The notes under the pieces: model-generated
Seen by the model: the letters and a program-made list of their open reading frames with translations, nothing else
The model's database searches: none
Told to the model about the DNA's origin: nothing
Program-made: the position numbers and the translations under genes
Shown: positions 1 to 5,780 of the stretch, piece after piece
How the letters are laid out: every line of letters starts with the position of its first letter
Position numbering within the stretch: the stretch's first letter is position 1
IMG/VR virus record: IMGVR_UViG_2778261316_000002
Origin: a virus
Taxonomy: Duplodnaviria > Heunggongvirae > Uroviricota > Caudoviricetes
Length of the DNA stretch: 5,780 nucleotides
Reading direction: 5' to 3' (one strand)

Positions 1-81
1 GTAGCTGAACAGGAGGGACAGCTGATAGAAACAGAAGCCACTGGAGCACCTCAAAAACACCATCATACACTAAATCAGTAA
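1..81 (+). CDS. 3' end of an upstream gene, probably the tail-fibre variable C-terminal part (Sv); 5' end lies outside the window
   Basis: Frame 1 is the only frame open from position 1 and ends at TAA 79-81, 27 bp before the tfa ATG at 109. The product is assigned from position only. Confidence 0.35.
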   Translation, partial: VAEQEGQLIETEATGAPQKHHHTLNQ

Positions 82-108
82 GTTGGCAGCATCACCACTG
101 GCGTAAGT

Positions 109-576
109 ATGCCCGCCTGTTCCACTGGTATTGACCCGGGCGAATACATTCCGGGGAAAGTGGCAGTATTTACGGGTAAGGGATGGAGCCATGAAGAAGA
201 CCACCGCAATGAGACTGTTTACTCAATCGAAAATGGCGCAGCTGTTACAGTGGATTATATCGGTGCCATCAAAGACGGTTATGTCACGCTTTCACCGTTA
301 ACGCCATACGATAAATGGGATGGTGAGAAATGGGTGACAGATACTGAGGCACAGCATAGTGCCGCAGTAGACGCAGCAGAAGCACAGCGCCAGTCGCTGA
401 TTGATGCTGCAATGGCTTCCATCAGTCTGATTCAACTGAAATTACAGGCCGGACGGAAGCTGACGCAGGCAGAAACAACCCGACTTAACGCCGTGCTGGA
501 TTACATTGACGCGGTGACGGTAACAGATACCAGCACCGCGCCGGATGTCATCTGGCCTGAACTGCCGGAGGCGTAG
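109..576 (+). CDS. tfa: Phage tail fibre assembly protein (Tfa / Mu U-like chaperone)
   Basis: ATG at 109, 155 aa; C-terminal segment ...LDYIDAVTVTDTSTAPDVIWPELPEA is the characteristic Tfa C-terminal signature; position is directly after a tail-fibre 3' end. Confidence 0.85.
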   Translation: MPACSTGIDPGEYIPGKVAVFTGKGWSHEEDHRNETVYSIENGAAVTVDYIGAIKDGYVTLSPLTPYDKWDGEKWVTDTEAQHSAAVDAAEAQRQSLIDAAMASISLIQLKLQAGRKLTQAETTRLNAVLDYIDAVTVTDTSTAPDVIWPELPEA

Positions 577-988
577 GCCATTCAATATCTGGCGCACCGG
601 AAGTATCGACCAGTTCCAGTGTGTCCAGATAATCCAGCCACAAATTATATTGCGCCAGTTCCTCACCTTTCAGGCGACCAATCGCCGCTTTACCAGGCCA
701 TTGCTTACTGTTTATGTATTCGTTGACCTGATTAATCAATTGCTGCTTTTCCAGTTCGGCTGCGGCAATTTGTTCCTCATGAGTTGGCGGTGGAATATCA
801 ATCCATGCAGGCATTCCGTCGATGACGCCTCTGTATTTTCCTTCTGGTGCTTCCTTCATAAATTCGGCGGCAACAGTGTCGTCAATTTCGATTCCATCAC
901 CGGGCCATTCGCCGGATTCCTGATAAGCGATTTTAAGCTCCACAGGGAAAAACGCATTTTTATCGGCACTGAAAATATATCTCTGCAT
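548..988 (-). CDS. tfa: Alternative tail fibre assembly protein (Tfa', Mu U'-like), convergent with the first tfa
   Basis: ATG (cat at 986-988 on +), 146 aa; C-terminus ...LDYLDTLELVDTSGAPDIEWPTPPAVQAR carries the same Tfa signature; preceded 2 nt upstream by the stop of the Sv' reading frame (tight coupling). Confidence 0.85.
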   Translation of the reverse strand: MQRYIFSADKNAFFPVELKIAYQESGEWPGDGIEIDDTVAAEFMKEAPEGKYRGVIDGMPAWIDIPPPTHEEQIAAAELEKQQLINQVNEYINSKQWPGKAAIGRLKGEELAQYNLWLDYLDTLELVDTSGAPDIEWPTPPAVQAR

Positions 989-990
989 TT

Positions 991-1389
991 CTACCGTCCT
1001 ATCGAAATATAACTGAATCTGTATTGATATGAGATATCACTGGTTGCCACACGCCACGCTGAATTACTGATATGTTCAAAATTTACAGACAAAACCTGCG
1101 GGGCAGGATTCGACGGGTCTGACTGAACGGCATCAGACATAACACTGACTGAAACCATCGGCTGATTAGGGAATGGTATAGGGAAGTGTCCACTGATAAA
1201 GCGGGTCGTGTTTCCTGCAAAAGTGCCAAACTGAACAATATATCCACCTGGTAGCCTGAACCATCCCGAACCAGAAGCGAATGCTCCCATATCCGGTATC
1301 TGATTATCTCCTGTGCCCACATCCCTTTTCGCCGCTTCTCCTAAACCAACGTTTATGAAAATGAAGAAATAACAAGCAAATGGCATCAT
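991..1389 (-). CDS. Alternative side-tail-fibre C-terminal variable segment (Sv'/StfE-like), promoterless; expressed only when inversion fuses it to the constant tail-fibre 5' part
   Basis: Open frame 991-1389 on the minus strand reads through the predicted crossover site (1336-1361) and encodes a tail-fibre-like stretch ...VGTGDNQIPDMGAFASGSGWFRLPGGYIVQFGTFAGN... The ATG at 1387-1389 is probably fortuitous and the real segment begins at the crossover site. Confidence 0.6.
   Translation of the reverse strand: MMPFACYFFIFINVGLGEAAKRDVGTGDNQIPDMGAFASGSGWFRLPGGYIVQFGTFAGNTTRFISGHFPIPFPNQPMVSVSVMSDAVQSDPSNPAPQVLSVNFEHISNSAWRVATSDISYQYRFSYISIGR
1336..1361. other. Putative Hin/Gin/Pin-type inversion crossover site (pix/gix-like), right boundary of the invertible segment
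   Basis: TTCTCCTAAACC-AA-CGTTTATGAAAA: 12-2-12 imperfect palindrome with the AAACC / central AA / GTTT core of the hix/gix family; lies about 55 bp upstream of the invertase ATG and inside the Sv' frame, as in Mu. Confidence 0.45.
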
Positions 1390-1415
1390 TCCTGCTTTTA
1401 CCAGGGGGATTTAAC

Positions 1416-1970
1416 ATGCTTATTGGCTATGTACGTGTATCAACAAATGACCAGAATACCGATCTACAACGCAATGCGCTGAACTGTGCAGGGTGTGAGC
1501 TGATTTTTGAAGACAAGATAAGCGGTACAAAGTCCGACAGACCAGGACTGAAAAAGCTGCTCAGGACATTATCGGCAGGTGACACGCTGGTGGTCTGGAA
1601 ACTGGACCGACTGGGGCGCAGTATGCGGCATCTTGTCGTGCTGGTGGAGGAGTTGCGCGAACGAGGCATCAACTTTCGTAGTCTGACGGATTCAATTGAT
1701 ACCAGTACCCCAATGGGGCGCTTTTTCTTTCATGTGATGGGTGCCCTGGCTGAAATGGAGCGTGAACTGATTGTTGAACGAACAAAAGCTGGACTGGAAG
1801 CAGCTCGCGCACAGGGACGAATTGGTGGACGTCGCCCCAAACTTACACCAGAACAATGGGAGCAGGCCGGACGATTAATTGCATCAGGCGTTCCTCGCCA
1901 GAAGGTGGCGATCATCTATGATGTTGGTATATCGACACTGTATAAGAAGTTTCCGGTCGGAGATAAATGA
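1416..1970 (+). CDS. pin: Serine recombinase / DNA invertase of the Pin/Gin/Cin/Hin family
   Basis: ATG at 1416 with GGGGGA Shine-Dalgarno 6 nt upstream; 184 aa beginning MLIGYVRVSTNDQNTDLQRNAL... with the catalytic serine in VRVSTNDQ and a C-terminal HTH region (...GVPRQKVAIIYDVGISTLYKK); near-identical in pattern to Gin/PinE as I recall them. Confidence 0.95.
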   Translation: MLIGYVRVSTNDQNTDLQRNALNCAGCELIFEDKISGTKSDRPGLKKLLRTLSAGDTLVVWKLDRLGRSMRHLVVLVEELRERGINFRSLTDSIDTSTPMGRFFFHVMGALAEMERELIVERTKAGLEAARAQGRIGGRRPKLTPEQWEQAGRLIASGVPRQKVAIIYDVGISTLYKKFPVGDK

Positions 1971-1972
1971 AA

Positions 1973-2013
1973 CCGTAGCACGTCGTATGTAAGAAGATCG
2001 TGCTGCGGTTTAT
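1973..2013. terminator. Putative bidirectional intrinsic terminator between convergent pin and the GIY-YIG gene
   Basis: 10-bp stem CCGTAGCACG (1973-1982) / CGTGCTGCGG (1999-2008) with one G-U pair and a 16-nt loop, followed by TTTAT on + and by TTTCATTTAT on the minus strand. Confidence 0.4.
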
Positions 2014-2030
2014 GCTTATCACTTAAAGAC

Positions 2031-2900
<870 letters not shown>

Positions 2901-2980
2901 CTAAGTCTTTGAATTTACATAGTACAAAAAAGATACTTTTCCTCATAATGTGAATTAATTTTATGTTTCGTTTGATGATT

Positions 2981-3046
2981 GGACCGGTCTCGAAAACCGG
3001 AGTAGGGGCAACTCTACCGGGGGTTCAAATCCCCCTCTCTCCGCCA
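2981..3046 (+). pseudogene. 3' fragment of tRNA-Ser(CGA) (serU-type), anticodon arm to CCA; attachment-site scar
   Basis: GGACCGGTCTCGAAAACCGGAGTAGGGGCAACTCTACCGGGGGTTCAAATCCCCCTCTCTCCGCCA matches the 3' two-thirds of E. coli tRNA-Ser(CGA) as I recall it; the acceptor 5' strand (GGAGAGA) and D-arm are absent upstream, so it is not a functional tRNA. Confidence 0.8.
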
Positions 3047-3567
3047 CTTTATCAATGACTTATCTCCCGACTTCCCGCCTTGCTTTTCCTAAACAGAACA
3101 ATCGTAGAATATTCTTGAAGGGTTAGATCGTCACTGTTTTCTGTTCGATACTGTGACATTCAGCACTTGATTCGCTATGGATCTGACAGGAAGGTTTTGA
3201 GCGAAAATCTGCAGTTATTCAGTCGTTTTCTTATCGGTCACCATTATTCTTTTAGACATTGATCCTACAAAGCTGCCGCAAAGTTGGTGGTGGGAACTGA
3301 AGTTGCGTAGAGAAGGGGTCAATACCCGGAGGCAAACATGGGCTGGCAAAAGTGTAGCGGTATTAGGCGCAGCTATTTAGCCTAGTTATGTTTTATGAAA
3401 ACTTGATGTCATATAAGTGTCTTACTTATTGGCTGTAAATAAGTTTTTTCTAAGGAATTGTTTCTTGAGTATCATTTGTAACTGTAACGGAATTTATAAT
3501 CCTTTGCTTTATTGTTACGGTATTTTTTATCACACCCTATTTTTTATGTGGTTTTTTATACTGAAGT

Positions 3568-3597
3568 TTGGCAAAGTGAACTTTATATGCATATACT
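3568..3597 (+). promoter_or_regulatory. Candidate sigma70 promoter for the AraC-family gene
   Basis: TTGGCA (3568-3573), 18-bp spacer, TATACT (3592-3597); predicted start about 25-30 nt upstream of the ATG at 3631, in very AT-rich DNA. Confidence 0.3.
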
Positions 3598-3630
3598 TCA
3601 TCCTGTTTTCAGTTAAATTGGATGGATGAT

Positions 3631-4374
3631 ATGGCAACTACATGTTCAGTTATATTGATTTTGGAGTCCTTTGATATTTATTTCGGAAAAGAGAGTGTGT
3701 TTCTGGAGAGAGGTTCATCTGTACTTGTCGACTCTAGCTCTAGAGATTTTTTCCTGACATATCCTGAAAGAGTGATAGTGGCGGATTTTGGCGCTGAGTT
3801 TATTAGTCGCTATTTGAAAGCTAATAACTTAAGGGATATTTCTGATTGTAGGGAATATCCATCTTATTTAAAAATAAACTTTGCTGACTTCAGTTTAATT
3901 AAAGGATTAATTAATTGGGCTAATCACTGTGCTGAATACATAGAAATTTTTGATGAGTCTATTGCTTTTACATGTCTCTCTGCATTTTCTTCTGAAAAAC
4001 AATTTGGAGTATTTCTGTTTGGATGTTTGAAAAGCACAGGGGCTAAAGTTAAAACGATTATTCATACGGATTTATCTGCACCATGGCGTCTTAAGGATAT
4101 ATCATCAAGATTATATCTCAGCGAAAGTTTACTAAAGAGGAAATTGAGAGAAGAGGGGGTATCATTCAGTAAGATCATACTTGATGAGAGGATGCAAATG
4201 GCTGAATATTTACTCAGCACTCGTTGTTATCCTATTAGTAAAGTAGCTAAGGTCTGTGGTTATGCCAGTGTCTCATACTTTACTTATGTATTTAGACGTT
4301 ATTTTGGTGTTTCTCCAAGTCAATACTCTCAGAGGAGTTCAGAAAGTAAAATTCTTACTCACCAGGGAATCTGA
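3631..4374 (+). CDS. AraC/XylS-family transcriptional regulator (YdeO/AppY/GadX-like clade)
   Basis: C-terminal double HTH ...PWRLKDISSRLYLSESLLKRKLREEGVSFSKIILDERMQMAEYLL...CGYASVSYFTYVFRRYFGVSPSQY is typical AraC-family. The N-terminus MATTCSVILILESFD resembles the YdeO/AppY N-termini, so the ATG at 3631 (SD-like GGATGGA upstream) is preferred over 3622. The gene is AT-rich relative to flanking DNA. Confidence 0.85.
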   Translation: MATTCSVILILESFDIYFGKESVFLERGSSVLVDSSSRDFFLTYPERVIVADFGAEFISRYLKANNLRDISDCREYPSYLKINFADFSLIKGLINWANHCAEYIEIFDESIAFTCLSAFSSEKQFGVFLFGCLKSTGAKVKTIIHTDLSAPWRLKDISSRLYLSESLLKRKLREEGVSFSKIILDERMQMAEYLLSTRCYPISKVAKVCGYASVSYFTYVFRRYFGVSPSQYSQRSSESKILTHQGI

Positions 4375-4380
4375 TCATTG

Positions 4381-4643
4381 TTCTTGCCCCCTTATTTCCA
4401 GACAGGGGGTGTATCTTAAGTTAACGTTACCCGCTGACGTCGATATTCTCGCGGAGAGCGATAACCCAACGCACTGTGCGGATGGTTTTCATTGTAATGT
4501 TCGATCGCCACTGCAAGATTATGCAATGCCGTTCTTACATTCGGTTTCGGCATGAACGCGATGTAGTCTTCCTTCATCGTTTTCACGAACCTTTCTGCCA
4601 TTCCATTACTCTGAGGACTGCTGATTACCCATGAGGAGTACAA
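4381..4643 (-). mobile_element. IS3-family (IS2-group) insertion-sequence remnant: terminal inverted repeat plus 3' end of the transposase gene; the rest of the element is missing
   Basis: 4381-4420 TTCTTGCCCCCTTATTTCCAGACA... resembles the IS2 terminal repeat (GCCCC...TTTCCAGACA); the adjacent minus-strand ORF encodes a transposase C-terminus; the reading frame is broken upstream of about 4640. Confidence 0.7.
4416..4643 (-). pseudogene. Transposase OrfB (integrase-core, DDE) C-terminal fragment, IS2-like
   Basis: ...[26 protein letters not shown]...[23 protein letters not shown] closely parallels the IS2 InsD C-terminus (SPESNGIAESFVKTIKRDY...[19 protein letters not shown]) as recalled; only about 70 aa are retained. 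Confidence 0.75.
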
Positions 4644-4863
4644 TTAAACGGGTTAATCAGTTTCTCCATTTGAAAGAAAAAAGACTTCTGTACTGTTTGA
4701 TATCACCGCTATTTTCTTATTTTCTGTGCAGGTCGTAGTGGGACAAAACTGAGACACATAAGGCCTCACAATGGCTTGCAAGGCTTTACATGTTTTGATG
4801 TGGTGGGACGTGTGAGCGCAGTGTTGATGGGGTAATACTTTGAATTAGAAGCGGATTCTTATG

Positions 4864-4909
4864 ATTCGTAATGCGAAGGTCGTAGGTTCGACTCCTATTA
4901 TCGGCACCA
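4864..4909 (+). pseudogene. 3' fragment of tRNA-Thr(CGU) (thrW-type), anticodon loop to CCA; second attachment-site scar
   Basis: ATTCGTAATGCGAAGGTCGTAGGTTCGACTCCTATTATCGGCACCA matches the 3' portion of E. coli thrW as recalled; the 5' acceptor strand GCCGATA is absent upstream. Confidence 0.8.
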
Positions 4910-5200
4910 TTAAAATCAAATTGTTACGTAAGATCTTATCATTCTCCCACCAAAAAATTATCTTAATGTAACAGCTGGTGTAAGTAAATTCTATCAACGA
5001 AGATCAATCTTATCTACTGACCAAAAAGGCCTGATAGGGCTTCGCTCACTATACATCCTTGGCTGCAGGTTTAGTTGTACACCACTCCTAAATTTAATGT
5101 GTTGGCAATGTGTTCAATAAAGCTCGAACAAATTAGCTCATTATGATCGGTTAATATTTCAACTTCTGGTTGCATGATTGTTTGTCCGTAAAAAGATAAC

Positions 5201-5225
5201 GCGCCTGCCGGGTAGTAGCAGGCGC
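5201..5225 (-). terminator. Putative intrinsic terminator downstream of the toxin gene
   Basis: Perfect 8-bp GC-rich inverted repeat GCGCCTGC (5201-5208) / GCAGGCGC (5218-5225) with a 9-nt loop; on the minus strand it is followed by GTTATCTTTTTAC. Confidence 0.4.
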
Positions 5226-5290
5226 ATTACGCAATAGGTAAACAAGGGAGGAAGTTCAGAAATGTAAATCGGGAAGGTTGTACGCAATGT

Positions 5291-5780
<490 letters not shown>

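Noticed and set aside
442-666. 74-aa ORF on - strand
   Set aside because: Antisense to the 3' end of the + strand tfa; Cys/Trp/Arg-rich and implausible as a protein.
545-1012. 155-aa ORF on + strand
   Set aside because: Lies entirely antisense to the well-supported tfa' gene (548-988); the translated product is low-complexity (RRRR, FQ-rich) with no recognisable motif.
1083-1322. 79-aa ORF on - strand
   Set aside because: Alternative frame nested inside the tail-fibre Sv' segment; no support.
1427-1915. Two minus-strand ORFs (1427-1672 and 1730-1915)
   Set aside because: Both are antisense within the invertase gene, which is unambiguous; Ser/Arg-rich translations typical of antisense frames.
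2981-3046. Functional tRNA-Ser gene
   Set aside because: The 5' acceptor strand (GGAGAGA) and D-arm are absent upstream; only the 3' portion is present, so it is an att-type fragment.
3417-3629. 70-aa ORF upstream of the AraC gene
   Set aside because: Phe/Ile/Leu/Tyr/Cys/Asn-rich translation that is the expected artefact of reading AT-rich DNA; it overlaps the predicted promoter and leader of the regulator gene.
4256-4555. 99-aa ORF on + strand
   Set aside because: Overlaps the 3' end of the AraC gene in another frame and runs across the IS terminal repeat and antisense to the transposase fragment.
4864-4909. Functional tRNA-Thr gene
   Set aside because: No GCCGATA acceptor 5' strand or D-arm within 80 nt upstream; a 3' fragment only.
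5021-5045. Possible REP-like element (aggcctgatagggcttcgc)
   Set aside because: Only a partial resemblance to REP consensus; no convincing stem, so not called.

Overview
The window reads as a mosaic of horizontally acquired DNA. Positions 1-2980 look like the right arm of an e14 / Mu-G-segment-type prophage: the 3' end of a tail-fibre gene, two convergent tail-fibre-assembly (tfa) genes, a promoterless alternative tail-fibre C-terminal segment, a Hin/Gin-type crossover site and a Pin/Gin-family DNA invertase. Next comes a convergently transcribed cargo gene encoding a GIY-YIG nuclease-domain protein with an unrecognised C-terminal half, which I rate the most interesting candidate (possible single-gene phage-defence function). 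A 3' fragment of tRNA-Ser(CGA) at 2981-3046 marks an attachment-site scar. Downstream are an AT-rich islet with an AraC/XylS-family regulator (YdeO/AppY/GadX-like), an IS2-group remnant (terminal inverted repeat plus transposase C-terminal fragment), a second att scar (3' fragment of tRNA-Thr(CGU), 4864-4909), and a CbtA/CbeA-type toxin-antitoxin pair running off the right edge. All identifications rest on motifs read from the sequence and on recalled family signatures; no database search was possible. Exact starts, the crossover site, promoters and terminators are predictions.
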